From Octopus vulgaris (lineage: Eukaryota), in NCBI GenBank assembly GCA_951406725.2, contig OX597831.1, positions 61,814,001 to 61,878,000 of the forward strand: a DNA stretch of 64,000 nucleotides. The letters are read 5' to 3'. The notes beneath the pieces are model-generated. The model did no database searches. It was not told where the DNA came from and worked only from the letters and a program-made list of their open reading frames with translations. How positions within the stretch are numbered: position 1 is the first letter of the stretch; every line of letters starts with the position of its first letter. Made by a program: the position numbers and the translations under genes. Below are positions 26,145-39,485 of the stretch, in pieces.

Positions 26145-26620
26145 GCCCGTCTTCACCTTGAATACTGCTGTTCGCTATAGTCTCCATGCACGAAACAGAA
26201 TACTATAAAAAACTGAAGCATACCAGACATCAATCGCACATAAGAAAGACGACTTTACGGGTTTTGAGTACTAGGATCGGCTCGAGATACTCAAACTTTA
26301 TTCTGCCGTGAGCATGATATCATTTGTATGATAAAGAAAATATTCCATCAACATTGTACAAATGATGTTAGCATCAACTATAAAATTCATCTAAGGTTTG
26401 ATCCCCGTACCATCCTCCTACTGCAAAAATCACGCTCGCGCAACATTACAACACCGAGGCAGAATTATATCACCTCAGCTGGACTCGCTCTCTTTAATAT
26501 AATGGCATGATACGTATGGCGTATGGGAGAAAAAACATGCCATAGATTTGGAAACGATTCCTGGATGCACGTCTCCAACAAATTTCAGATAAGCCATCTC
26601 CACAAGGATACTTTTCTGCT
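26145..26620 (+). mobile_element. Old CR1/L2-group LINE 3' remnant
   Basis: RLHLEYCCSL*SP and Y*DRLEILKLYS resemble post-RT CR1 motifs. Confidence 0.45.
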
Positions 26621-26799
26621 AACGATTACTATTTTCTCGAACGGGCCATGGTGTTCGAAGTATGACGGTGTATGAAATATCGTTAAATTTGTTTTCAGGT
26701 AGTGTTATCAAGTTAGTCATGGCCATGACCAATTTTAGCCGAAACTTAATCAAAGTATATATATATGTATATATATGTATATATATATATATATATATA

Positions 26800-28086
26800 C
26801 GAGGGACGTTCAATAAGTAATGCCTCTGACCCACTTGCAGTTGTTTGATCTAGATGACATTTTGCATGTGCAATCATTTATATCTCTATAGAGTGAGTGG
26901 CAAATTACAGCTCTGAATTAATTGTGACCTCTGATTTACAGGTGTTTGAACTGAGTCAAGTGTGAAATGGAGCCTGTTGAGTGTCGAGCAGTGGTCCGGT
27001 TTTTGTATTTGAAACGACGCACACCACGGGAGACTTTTGATGAAATGAAAGTAACTTATGGTGATGATGCCCCATCATATGACCTTGTAAAACGCTGGCA
27101 TCGTGAGTTAAAACATGGTCGGAACTCTGTGGAAACAGCTCCCAGATCTGGTCGCCCCCTTCTGCCATTGATGAGGTATCTGTCCGTCAAGTTGAGGCTG
27201 CCATTTTGGAAGATCGACGCATAATTATTCGCCAAATAGCCCATGAGGTCGAGATTAGTACCGGGTCTGTGGAAACTATCATTCATGACCTTTTGCATAT
27301 GCAAAAGGTGTCTGCCAGATGGATTCCCAGGCTGCTCACGCCTTTCCAGAAGCAAGAACGCGTCGAGTGCTCGAGGGTGAATTTGGAGATGTGCCAAGAA
27401 GATGAGTCAACATTTTTCAAAAGACTGATTACACAGGATGAAACCTGGGTCCATCACGATGATCCAGAGACCAAAGCCCAGTCAATGCAGTGGAAGCATC
27501 GTGACTCAGCCCCTCCATAGAAGGAAAGGGTGCAGCCCTCCGCTGGCAAGGTCATGCTCACAGTCTTCTGGGACCAGGACGGAGTAATGATGACAGATTT
27601 CCTGGCAAAGGGTACCACAATTGCAGGAGCCTATTATGCTTCACTTTTGAGGAAACTAAGGGAAGTTATCAAAATCAAGAGGCGGGGCAAGATCAACAAA
27701 GGCATCCTCCTCCTGCAGGACAACGCTCCGGTCCACAACTCGCTTGTCGCCAGATCAGAAGCACAGGCGTATGGCTATGAACTCCTCCCCATCCCCCCTA
27801 CTTTCCTGACCTTGCACCCTCTGATTTTCACCTCTTCCCAATCATGAAGTTGTTTTTGAAAGTAAAGCGTTTCCCAGATGATGCAGCCTTGATTTCTGAA
27901 GTCACGTTGAGGTTGGAGGACCAAGCTGGGTTCTTCTACAAAAACGGTCTCCAGAGCCGCATCAAACGATGAGAGGAATGCGTAACTCTGATTGGTTCCT
28001 ATGTAGAAAAAGACTAATAACTGTGCCAAGTTTCGTTGCTCTACTGCTATGGGAAGTGGGTCAGGGGCATTACTTATTGAACGCCC

Positions 28087-28090
<4 letters not shown>
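26800..28090 (+). mobile_element. Full-length mariner transposon (~1.29 kb) in a TA tract
   Basis: TIR CGAGGGACGTTCAATAAGTAATGCCTCTGACCCACTT mirrored by AAGTGGGTCAGGGGCATTACTTATTGAACGCCCCTCA; TA flanks. Confidence 0.95.
26967..28017 (+). pseudogene. Mariner D,D34D transposase pseudogene
   Basis: WIPRLL, ITQDETW, LQDNAPVH, PDLAPSDFHLF; split by frameshifts and stops. Confidence 0.92.
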
Positions 28091-28131
<41 letters not shown>

Positions 28132-28744
28132 CAGTTATATAATTAACCGAAGATTGATTTCATTATGTTTGATTTCATTATTTTCCTTCTTTTTTTGCCT
28201 GTGTGAGTTACAGAGAGAGTTGTCTGTGGAGTCAGAAGACACTTGCCCAAGATGCCACGCAGTGGGACTGAACCCGGAACCATGTGGTTGGTTAGCAAGC
28301 TACTTACCACACAGCCACTCCTAGAGCAGGGAATCTTCGCTTGCACATTTTGAATTTGTTGGTACTGGCAGTCTGAACGGGTCATCTGAGGTGATAAGTC
28401 GCCAAAGGGTATGTTCTTTCTTTTTAGTGCTTCCAAATCCAAAATAAGAAATGTTGAGCTGACGAAAGAAATGCTGAGTTTATTTGGCTAATCTAGAAAC
28501 GTTAACGTTCTCAAATAATCTTTGTACTTGTGATATTTTTCTGTTTTTACCTCCATACCTTCGTGAGTTATTTTGAGTAAACATTATCTGAGAGAAATTT
28601 TCTTTAAGTAGTGGAAATGGCAAAAAAACTTTTTTGGCTGCTATTTCTAGCAAATTCAGTATGTGGCAAAGTAATTTATTTTACTAAGCCCTAATTATAT
28701 AATATATATATATTCATGTATATATTCATGTATATATGAATGTA

Positions 28745-29590
28745 TTATACTAAATACCCTAACCAACTGTCCAAGCCAGATATCGATCAAAATCTAACTC
28801 ATCAATGGATACAAGGCACAGGTCTGAAAGGGAAAACAGAAGGTTTTGTTATTGCAGCGCAAGATCAAACCTTACCTACTAGAAACTACCATGCAAGCGT
28901 CCTTAAGGATGGATCTGACCCTCAAGCAGAATTTGTGGAAAATTCACAGAAACAATTGACCATGTTGTTTCTGGCTGCCAAGTCCTCGCTGAAAAGGAGT
29001 ATCTCATAAGACATGACAGACTAGAGCAGTACAGCCACTGGAATGCTTGTAAATACTACAAAATTACATTCCATGATAAGTGGTATAGGCACCATCCAGA
29101 GGATGTAGTAAATGGCGAGGGCGTCACCATCTTTTGGAGTTTCCTAGTACAAACAGACAGAAAAATTGACTCCAACCGACCAGACATTGTGATCAAGGAC
29201 TACAACAGAAGAACAAGTCTGTTAACAGATATGTCTGTCTTACAAGCTCAAAATATCTCAAGAAAGGAATACGAAAAGCTTTCTCTTTATAAAGATCTGC
29301 AAATTGAAATCACAAAAATATGGAAGCTTATTACTATGATAATACCAGTAGTAATTGGTACGATGGGAATGATAAAGAAAGGAGCTGAAAAATATATTAA
29401 ATAACTCCCTGGTAACTCCAACCTTCGTGAACTACAAAAGATAACCTTGATGGGTTATACTACGGATAGCACTCTCCATCTAAATTGGAATAAATGTGGT
29501 AAAGCAAAGTGCCCTTGCTACTCTTGGCCTCTGGAGGATGTCCAGTGCTAAGGCAGCTGAAATGAAGTTATAATGAAAGGAAACCATAAA
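28745..29590 (+). mobile_element. R4/Dong-like LINE 3' part followed by (TAA)n
   Basis: LKGKTEGFVIAAQDQTLPTRNY, NRPDIVIKD, KYKDLQIEI-like and IIPVVIG motifs; (TAA)n at 29590-29820. Confidence 0.85.
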
Positions 29591-29648
29591 TAATAACAAT
29601 AACAATAACAACAACAACAACAACAACAATAATAATAATAATAATAAC

Positions 29649-29707
<59 letters not shown>

Positions 29708-29763
29708 TAAAAATAATAATAATAATGATAATAATAATAATAATAATAATGATGATGATGATG

Positions 29764-29819
<56 letters not shown>

Positions 29820-30779
29820 CCAATGATGAAATTTCAGAAATGTTTTAATGCATCGGTATGTGCGTTTCCAAAAATCACATGTTGTTTGTGACTATAATCC
29901 GCATCCATAGGATGATTACAATATACTTTGTAATATCCATGAATATTATAAATCGTCATTCATGCGTTCACGTTATCAGGCAATATAGCATCATAGTTGA
30001 AAGTAACGAATGTTTAACTGAAGGATGTTTATCAATTTTCGCTAATCAAAAGGTTCAGTGAGGTATGTGTTAGAGAGAGGGCTGTCTGCATTTGGACTAA
30101 GCGAGTGTATAAATACATAGAAATAACAAGAGGAGAGAGATGGAATTGGTATGATTGAATTAAGGATCTATATTGCGTAGTTGTTCTATTTTGATAGGAA
30201 AGAAGAGAGAATGATAGAAAGAAAGAGTGTATGGTAAGGCTTGAGTTATTTTGATATTTATGTGTATACATGTTTGGATGGAGAAAGTAGGTCATTGTTT
30301 TGATCTTAGGCCCAACAGGTGCTTCCTTAATGAATTCAGATGTTGCAGAGCAAAGGAGCAGATTTTGTTTAGATGTTGTCGGTTCGAAATATTTGCTGGT
30401 CACTGATCAGGCTGGGGATATATATACACCGTGTTTAGAATAATTAATGACGTGACATCTTTTTATTTTATTTAATTCTACTCGTTATAATTCAACGAAA
30501 CTGTCACAGAATGATGGCAACAGTTATATGCGCGTGGTGTATAAAAAACGTGAGGTTCTATAAAACAACTCAGAAACTACGGCCATTTACAAAATTTTAT
30601 GTAAACCTTCAGTTTCAAATTATTAGCAAGGTGTAATTAAAACTCATGTAAACAAGAAAATACCAACGTAATTGTTTGATGCACATACTGAAATGAACAC
30701 AACACATAGAATCATAAACATGGGAGAATTAGAAATAAACAAATAATCAGCATTCAAAAATTATTGGTGAACTTGTTAG

Positions 30780-31290
30780 TGAGGGATATATGAGCCTTTG
30801 TTTAAAATAATTTGGAAAAGGCACTGGTCCATGAAACCCATGAAACATGTTAATTTCTGGATCTCCTCTGATGTTATACCACGAGATACATCCACTATTA
30901 CCTGCAACAGTTAACCCTTGCTCCTAAATTGGCATCCATTCTCGTAAACACATCGCTTTCGAATACTCCTCAAGTTTTCTATTGGATTTAAGTCGGGAGA
31001 ACAAGCAGGCCACTTCATCTTACGAGGTACACAGAAACCTAATTGTTGCAGATACTCTGTAGTTTTCTTCGCAAAGTGCGAGGGCGCATTATCTTGTATG
31101 AACATAAAGGTTATCTTGAAGGCGATCCTTTGCTTTTTTAACCAAGGTTCAAAGTTCTTCCACAGAAAGGCTATATAAGCGTCAGCAGTTATTTTAACAT
31201 CGTCCAGCACTTTCCAAAGACCAACCATAATACTTCCAATAGTACCTGCCCAAATCCTGATGCCTTCTCCCCCTAATTAGCATCTCAAAG
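30780..31290 (-). pseudogene. Tc1-like DD34E transposase fragment
   Basis: FIQDNAPSH...WPACSPDLNPIENL. Confidence 0.85.
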
Positions 31291-31299
31291 CTATGGCTT

Positions 31300-33232
31300 T
31301 GACTATTCTCACTGAAACTTCATCAAGCTGAAGGTCTTCTAGCATCCATGAGTGGGGAACAGAGTCAAAGGCTATTTCGTAGTCTAGCTACATTGAACGT
31401 AAGTTCCTTCTATGCTCCCGCATCTCTGACATCGCAGTTTACTTGATTAACATCCCCAGACTTTCTTCTTTCCAGTTGCATGTTCTGCTGTGATGATGTT
31501 ATTGCTTTCACAATGGTCTTGGAGCAAGAGGTTTAAGCATGCTGTATATATTTTGTACATTAAGTTCTGGTATGAAATTGACCGGTAGATTTTTGTCATT
31601 TGGGTAGTTCTGCATTTAGGGATCAAGTTCGTCTCTGCCAGAGCTAAACAGTGTGGTACGGTACTGTTCCTATTGAGAGCTTGCTTGTACAAATTGATAA
31701 GACGTGGTCGGTTGAAGGTTAGCTTTTTGTACCAATACTCAATAATCAAGTCCCTTCCAGGTGCTTTCCATCCTGAAGTTTCTGGATCACAATTACAAGG
31801 GTATCCCCATCAGTACTATATGTTTTGGGTGTAATGCAGGAACAATAACTACTTCGAATTTCTTCCTGCCTCAAAGCATCTTGGTTAAATACCTTCGCTT
31901 CACTCCAAATTTTCCCCCAGAAGGAGTCTGTGTCTTCTCGTGAAGGAGCTTCTGTGATGTTCATTGCTTCTCCTCTCATGTCTCTCTATTCTGCTCCCTG
32001 TTTCCAGTTAAATTGTTTGTTTATTGTTCTCTCGGTTATTCTCATCTGATGTCGCACTTTCTTACTGATGGCTTTTAGCTCCTGCTTGAGAGTGATCAGT
32101 TTGCATTTGAGTGTCCTCTTTTTGCTGTCTCCAAACATCACTTCTAACTCCTTCTTCACATTTTGTTGTAGAGACGTATAGTGATTTGCTTGTTTGCACG
32201 CAGTAAGCATCCTGACATGGCTGATGATCTTCCGTAAATCAGCTATCTTTTTCTCTCTCTTCAAAACCCACGATGGCACTTTCTTTATTGTTTCTGTTTT
32301 GTTCACTTTTTCAATGTCGCTCATGTACTGCTTTGCAGCATCAGACAGGCCATATAGGCAGGTATTAATCTACAAGAACGAGGGTTCATTACACTTCTGT
32401 AAATACTCGTCTCCAATTTCATTAGCAGATCTTAATATCGTATCTGGTGTTCTTTTTTATTTACGTTGGTAGAAAATACTCTCTTGGAGAGAGTACTTCA
32501 ACGCTAGTTTTTTTATTTCTCGGAAAATTTCAGTGTGGGCATATTTCAGCAATATATAATCATGACGGTTACTACTACAATAATCGTTGCGGTTGTGCCT
32601 GCTATTTACCATAGTCGTAGTAGCGGACAGTGGTCAGTTACTTTAGCCAGTAATGTAGTTTGGCTGGCAGGCAATATAGAATCTGTTGGAATGTCGCTAA
32701 CTGCGAAACGACGTGGTGGTCTTATATCATTCACATATTCGTTTCGTTTGTAGAGTTGGGAAGAAGATTAATTTCAGATCTTCTTTTAATAAAGTTATCA
32801 TCACTAACTTGCTTCCTATGTTCCACAAATGTTGCGTGTTAGCGTAATTACTTCGCATTAAAATGATTTAATTTTGGATGCAGATCGTCCCAATATGATT
32901 TTAATCGATTCATATAGCCAGCATCGAGGTTTTGTGTCGTTCTTTTGTAGCAGTTAAATAAATCAGTATTCAATTCATAACTCCAAAAAAATTGGTTTTG
33001 TAATTACGGTTTCTTCTAAAACTAGAGCTAAAAAGAATCTGTTTACCTTTTGAGCTGTTATTTTGGTTCTGTTCCTAGATTATGATATTGTTGATGTTAT
33101 GTCCAGCCATGTTGTTTGTAGTAACTCTCTGCATGGTAAGTTTCAGTCGAAAACTACTACCATCATGAATAAAAAAGGTTCCCTCAGTTAATTCATCTGA
33201 AGATTAACCAATTATTTAACAAAGCTGATAGT
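31300..33232 (-). mobile_element. R4/Dong-like LINE 5' part through the start of RT
   Basis: FWGKIWS, YWYKKL, YRSISYQNLMYKIYT; homologous to 7109-8318 and 48136-49223. Confidence 0.85.
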
Positions 33233-33321
33233 TGCGTTTCCAAAGTTGGAGGCAGGATTCATTGTATTTTCGATAAATATTCTCCCACGCCAAATACGCC
33301 ACTTGTCGCTTCGAGCGATAG

Positions 33322-33359
<38 letters not shown>

Positions 33360-33856
33360 ACGTGCATTATATACGTACATATATGTGTGCGTTGAATACA
33401 AATTTGAATGCAGAGATAATGCGATTATAAAAGATCAGAATAGTATCAATTAGGTTTTTAAAATAGTAATCGCTTTAACTAATGCGTGAGCAAAAATTTC
33501 ATCGTTTATTAGATCTTAAATGATGCATAGACGTTCTTTACCATCTATTACTTCAGTTTCACTTCACCAAAGATTCTTATGTTGGTGATACATATTTTAC
33601 GGCACTTTTTTGGTTGTGTGGTAAAAACATTAGCATTAAACTAATACTAATTTTGCATTTTGAAATAAGTTACGTCTAAAAAAGAATAATGAAAGTAAGA
33701 GTAAATAGCTGTTGAATATAGTTCATCCAAGATAGGTACAATGTCGTTTTGTAATTGGTCTGGGAGGTTTACATGGAGCATTGTGATGTAGGAAGATATA
33801 AAATGTTAACGGTCTTCAAAAGTCAAAATTAAACAACGGCTTATTAGTGGGACGAG

Positions 33857-34085
33857 TGGCGAGCTAGCAGACACATTAGCGCGCCGGGCGAAATGCTTAG
33901 CGGTATCTCGTCTGTCGTTACGTTCTGAGTTCAAATTCCGCCGAGGTCAACTTTGCCTTTCATCCTTTCGGGGTCGATAAATAAAGTACCAGTTTCGCAC
34001 TGGGGGCGATATAATCGACTCAATCCCTTCGTCTGTCCTTGTTTGTCTCCTCTATGTTTAGCCTCTTGTGGGCAGTAAAGAAATA
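33857..34085 (+). mobile_element. SINE family B
   Basis: Homology to family B copies. Confidence 0.88.
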
Positions 34086-34303
34086 TATATTGCAACTTTA
34101 TCGACTGTTGTTATTATTGCCTTTTCCAACACATTTGGTACTGAACCAGGGAATAAATATCTTTCATGGGGTACTTATATACTCTATATCTCACAACAAT
34201 TCAAACGCTTGACTCTCAAGCAGCAGAACTGGAGTCATTTATGGAACTCAATAGTCTGTCAATAGAGTAAATCCGTGTTAATTTCTCGTCTAATTAAGAT
34301 TGG

Positions 34304-34723
34304 GGATCTTTTCGGTTTGAACGGCAGTTTTTTCTGGCGGTGTCATATGAAATTGTCACCCATAATTATGACCATAGTATCGATCTATTGTATTTCAATC
34401 TTTTTTAGGGTTAGGGTTAGGGTTAGAGGTGGGGGAAGGGTATCTTTTTCTTCACAAATGTAAATAAACCCAATCTGTTTCTTAAACGAGGGACATTCAT
34501 ACGGCACAGAATGTTTTTTTACATCAATAGATGTATGTGATTGGTTGAAATTGCAGAAATTGAAGAAAAAAAACAAAAGATATCTTACAAACCATAGAAT
34601 TTTCTCAATAAAGCCAAGAGAAAAAGATGTTTTATAAACACATTCTACCAGTATACGAAGTTTAAAATTTTTTAGATACCTAGAAATTATTTTAGAAAAC
34701 TGTCGTTCAAACCGAAAAGAACC
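34304..34723. mobile_element. Merlin-like MITE, second family, with (TTAGGG)n core
   Basis: TIR GGATCTTTTCGGTTTGAACGGCAGTTTT / AAAACTGTCGTTCAAACCGAAAAGAACC; TSD AAGATTGG/AAGATCGG. Confidence 0.8.
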
Positions 34724-35592
34724 AAGATCGGAATATAGTAACGAAGAAAATAATAAAGATTATCATGAAGTTCAATATTTAGGTCAATTTTATACAAAGC
34801 AATACTTAAAGAAGACGACACAAAACCTTTATAAAAGTCATGTAACACCTACCTGAAACGAACGCATTTTTTAAGAATTCAGTCGCGTGATTTTCTTTCA
34901 AGATCTCAGAGAAATGTTCGTTAGCGATAGATTGTCGTTAGCTTGCTGTGAAAGCTAACCTTTTACTCCAAAGCCATAAATATCTGATCGGTACTTTTAT
35001 GTTTCACATAAACAGGGTGTGTTGGCGATGGAACACCGGAGTAACTGACTAGCGGTGAAATCTGTGTATCATTTCCGGGAATCTCTGTGCATCAGTGAAC
35101 ACAGGAAACCTCTGTGCACTGTTGAACACTTTCAACTCTTCTTCGACTGCCAGTAGACAATATATCTATCTTTCTAATTTTCTTTCTCTTTTTTTCTTTT
35201 TCTATGTATTATTTGAAAAAAAAAGGAAAACAAAAAAAAAGGAAAAAGATATATTAATGCCAAAATATTTTTGTAAAAACAGAATAAGAGGTTCAAATTC
35301 TGCATCAAAATACTAGATGTAGTTATCACAGACCAATTATCTTTCTGTCTTTCTGTCTTTCTGTCTCTCTCACTCTCTGATATATATATATATATATATT
35401 GTCAATAATGATAAGGGCAAAATTAATTAATAATTAATTAACAATTTTACCAAGTAGTGTTCATTATGTACAAAGACCATTTACGGTATATTTAAAACAT
35501 TACGTTATATAATTGGGGTTCAGCAAAAAAAATTTACCTTACCACACACCGAACTTTTAGAAATAGCAGCCAAAGAATTTAGCTATTTCTCC

Positions 35593-35634
<42 letters not shown>

Positions 35635-35636
35635 CA

Positions 35637-35683
35637 AAAACTGTCTGATGAACGGCAACGAGAAACTCAGAGTAACAGATTTT
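35637..35683 (+). ncRNA. Minimal type-I hammerhead motif in a TA-embedded pLTR-like insert
   Basis: AAAA CUGU CUGAUGA A CG GCAA CG A GAAA CUC a GAG UA ACAG a UUUU; palindromic stem III, GNRA loop, GUA site. Confidence 0.75.
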
Positions 35684-35782
35684 GTTGAATTTTCTGCTGC
35701 TTAAAATAAAGCATATTACTCTACCACTGGTATTTGAGTACTCTTTTTTTTCCACCTTGTTTCACATTTATGTGTTTACTCC

Positions 35783-35825
<43 letters not shown>

Positions 35826-35830
<5 letters not shown>

Positions 35831-36238
35831 TAAATATAAGAGGGAATCTTTTAACCACTATGTGAAAACCCTTATGCTAGAAGATCCGCTATGGTCTCAA
35901 CCACTAAGAATTGTTCGCCAGAAAATTTAGCACACCAGAAACGTAAGCGAGCAAGACAAATGAAAAATAACAAAAATATAGATTAATCACAAAGAATTGC
36001 TTCACTACAATTTATCTACAGATAAATTGTGTAAGTAAAATTACGTAATTTATTGATAGTGAAACAATTGTTTGTGATTAATCTATACTTTTGTTATTTT
36101 TCATTTGTCTTGCTCACCTACGTTTCTGGTGTGCTAAATATTCTGGAGAGCAATTCTTAGTCGTTGAGACCATAGCGGTTCTTCTTCTAGCATAAGGGTT
36201 TTCACATAGTGGTAAAATTCCGTCTTATATTTATGTAT
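35826..36238. repeat. Long fold-back with ~180-bp inverted arms
   Basis: 35826-36007 pairs with 36057-36238 with scattered mismatches. Confidence 0.92.
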
Positions 36239-37294
36239 GTAATACTATTTACTGAATCTCTGTTTCTTTATATGCTAGACCAATGGTGTTGAAATTGATG
36301 TTATCAAATTAATATCCAATTTTTCACCCTTATTTTGATTTTATATACACACACATATATTAGTTAATATGCTTTAAAGGTAGATCAGGACGTACGTTTC
36401 TGCATCCCCATCAGCTTTAAGTCGTTGGGTTCATATTCTATAGCCTTATATAAGATTACTCATCATAATTACCACTAGCGGGACCGTGAATATTTCACAG
36501 AGTTAATAGTAAACCTATAGGGTTATTTCTGAAAACTTTATTAAAAAAAAAAAATTGGAATACGATGATTACTCAATGCACTTTATATACACATTTTTAT
36601 ATACTTTATGCACAGTTTTATAGACTTAATACACAGCACTTGTAAAATAAATATTCATTCTTATTTTTTCCATTTTTCCCATTAAAAAATATATGTATCC
36701 CGTACATATGATACAACCTTTAGTTAAATTGCATATATCTGCCTCGTAAATAAGCGTGAATACTTCACGGAATTGCACTTATGCGCATGCGGTAAGTGAT
36801 AGGTGATATGAAATCTTAGTTCAATTAAAACAAATACACTTCTCTCTATCCAATCACCACCACCACCATAATCTCTCTCTTCATTCTCTATCCCTCCCCC
36901 TCTCTCTCTGTGCCTTTCTTTAACCTCATGATCAAAACATCACTCCACTGCTAAAATTATAGTTTTAAGTTTCCTCCTCTACCTTCAACTAAATTTCTAA
37001 ACCACATAATAAATGTTACGGTCCTCCTACCTGACGTCATGGACGCTTCTCTCTCCTTCTTTTTCTTTCTCTCTATTTCTGTCTCACTCTTCACCTTATC
37101 CTATTTTTCTCTCTCCTTTTTCATTCTCCTCTCTTTCTCTTCAACTAACCGCGTGGAAACGTAATAATTACCTTCCTCCTATCTCACGTCATGGACGCAT
37201 CTTTCCTTCTTTTCTCTCTCCCACCTTTCTTCCCCCCTCTTTTTCTCTCTCCTTTTTCTCTCTCCCTGTTTTCTTCCTCCTTCTTTTTCTCTAA

Positions 37295-37686
37295 TCACTC
37301 TATATATAAAGCTGAAGTTGTCTGTGTATGGCAGGTTTGGCAGCCTTCAACTAACACTATCTCCTCTGAGACCCTGCAGTGCAAGTTGACCAAAATTGAG
37401 AGTATGATAGAAGAAGACTTGCTCTTCCTTCCGTAGAAGAAAAAAATTCAAATCGCACCATGTTAACCCCCAAAATTATTTACATCACAAAGGTGCTTTT
37501 TTTCTATGAAAACCCTATTTTTTACGATGTTATGACTGCTGTGTCGCCATTTGTCGGTGTATTTCAACCAGAGAAATGTTCACTTAATGAGAATAACAAG
37601 CTACATAATGCAAAATTTTTACTTTTCAAAAATTCCGATTGTAAAGGGTCGAAAAAACCCCGAGCAACGCCGGGCGATACTGCTAG
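37295..37686 (+). mobile_element. Non-autonomous Helitron
   Basis: A|TCACTCTATATATAAA start; CCCGAGCAACGCCGGGCGATACTGCTAG|T end identical to the 23727 copy. Confidence 0.8.
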
Positions 37687-38384
37687 TCACTTAACAAAAA
37701 ACACTTGGCTGGGAATCAATATTGCAGTGATGATGACGTCATATCTGCTGTTGATAACTTTTTTTATCAACAGGATGAAAACCCCTTCCTCAATGGGACC
37801 AAACAATGCGACAATAACGGAAGGAGTGTGTGAACTGCAAAGGTTACTCTGTTGAAAAAAATAAACGACATTCGGTCGCATTCTCTGAGGATATCTTCGT
37901 CAGCCTATGAACTTTTCAGCTCACTCTTGTTGGCAACACTTAGCAGCTGCGTAAATGACACTAAATATATTTTACACACTCCACACACACGCATACGGAC
38001 AAAGACACACATGGAGATAAACACTCATACATAATAGACGCACGCACATATTCACACAAACTCATAGACATAAACACACTCAAACATCGCACACACACAC
38101 TCACACGCACGCACACACACACTCACACGCACGCACACACAAGCACATAAATATGCAGAATACATACATACATATGTATACACACGCATACATATATGCA
38201 TACACACATATATACATACGTACATATATGCATACACAAGTACACATGCACACTGGCACACACATGCGCATTCATTCAAAAGGAATGCAGCTCCAATAAC
38301 GGAAAGTCAACATTCATTGACAAGGAAACAGAAAAAATATAAAACATGAATGAGTAGAATTTGAACCGGTGAGTGTGTTACATA

Positions 38385-38716
38385 CTAAGGAGCACTCCGT
38401 CAGCTTCTACGACGAGGGTCCCAACTGATACGATCAACGAAACAGCTTGCTCATGAAATTAACGTGCAAGTTGCTGAACACTCCACAGACACGTGTACCC
38501 TTAACGTAGCTCTCTGGGAGATTCAGCGTGACACAGACTGTGAGAAGGTTGGTCCTTTGAAATAAATACAAGTACCACTCAGTTTTGCCAGCTGAGTGGA
38601 CTGGAGCAACGTGAAATAAAGTGTTTTGCTCAAGGACACAACGCGTCGTCGGGAATTGAACTCACGACCTTACGATTGTGAGCCGAATGCCCCAACAACC
38701 AAACAACGCCTTCACG
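38385..38716 (-). mobile_element. SINE family C variant
   Basis: Body shared with 7970-8100 and 6960-7090. Confidence 0.7.
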
Positions 38717-38919
38717 TTGCATATTAAGGCAGTATGACCCTCCTTAGACTCAACAAAGTAAACTTTGATTTCCAAATAGCGGTCGTAATAGCAACACACG
38801 ATTGGGAATCTGAAACTAATATGTCTTAAAGCGTAGTAAGCAGGCACGCGTTCCGTTAAGAAACCACGATCCTTAATCAAATGTATCACCGTGTCCCAAA
38901 TAGGAAAACAATTTATTAT

Positions 38920-39298
38920 TTTATTCGTTTACTTGTTTCAGTCACTTAACTGAACGCATGCTGGAGTACTATCTTGAAGGGTCTTAGTCGAAGACATCGA
39001 CACCAGGACTTTATTATTCGTAAGCCTAGTACTAATTCTATCGGTGTCTTTTACCGAACTGATAATTGATGGCGGGGGATGAAGTACAACCACAGACACA
39101 CACAAGTATATACACGCATATATATATATATATACACACATGTTTTTCTCTCCTTGTTTCTTTCTGTGTTCCTTCCTGTGGAAGAGCGTAGGCTCGAAAC
39201 GTTAAAGCCTTTTTCAATTCCCGAGCGTTATACTAATACATCTGTTTGTTTTCTACACCACCTGTCTTCGTCTTTTGTCTCTTTCGTGAATTCTCCCC

Positions 39299-39330
<32 letters not shown>

Positions 39331-39485
39331 TACGATGGGTTTCTTGCAGTCTCCGTCTACCAAATCCGCTCACAAGGCTTTGGTCTATGCGAGGCCATAG
39401 TAAAAGACATTTGGCTAAGGTGCCACGCAGTGGGACTGAACTCGGAACCATGTGGTTGGGAAGAAAGCTTCTTACCACACAGCTA
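38920..39485 (-). mobile_element. SINE family A interrupted by a pLTR-like insert (39140-39300)
   Basis: SINE halves flank a ~160-bp insert sitting in the SINE's internal microsatellite. Confidence 0.75.
39172..39207 (+). ncRNA. Variant or decayed hammerhead motif
   Basis: CUUC CUGUGGA A GAGC guag GCUC GAAA CG UU AAAG: perfect stem II and GAAACGU, but A6>U. Confidence 0.5.

Noticed and set aside
29480-29823. Poly-Leu and poly-Tyr ORFs (also 13867-14347)
   Set aside because: Reverse strand of (TAA)n tracts
34405-34428. TTAGGG repeats as a chromosome end or fusion site
   Set aside because: Only 3-4 units, inside a TIR/TSD-bounded MITE
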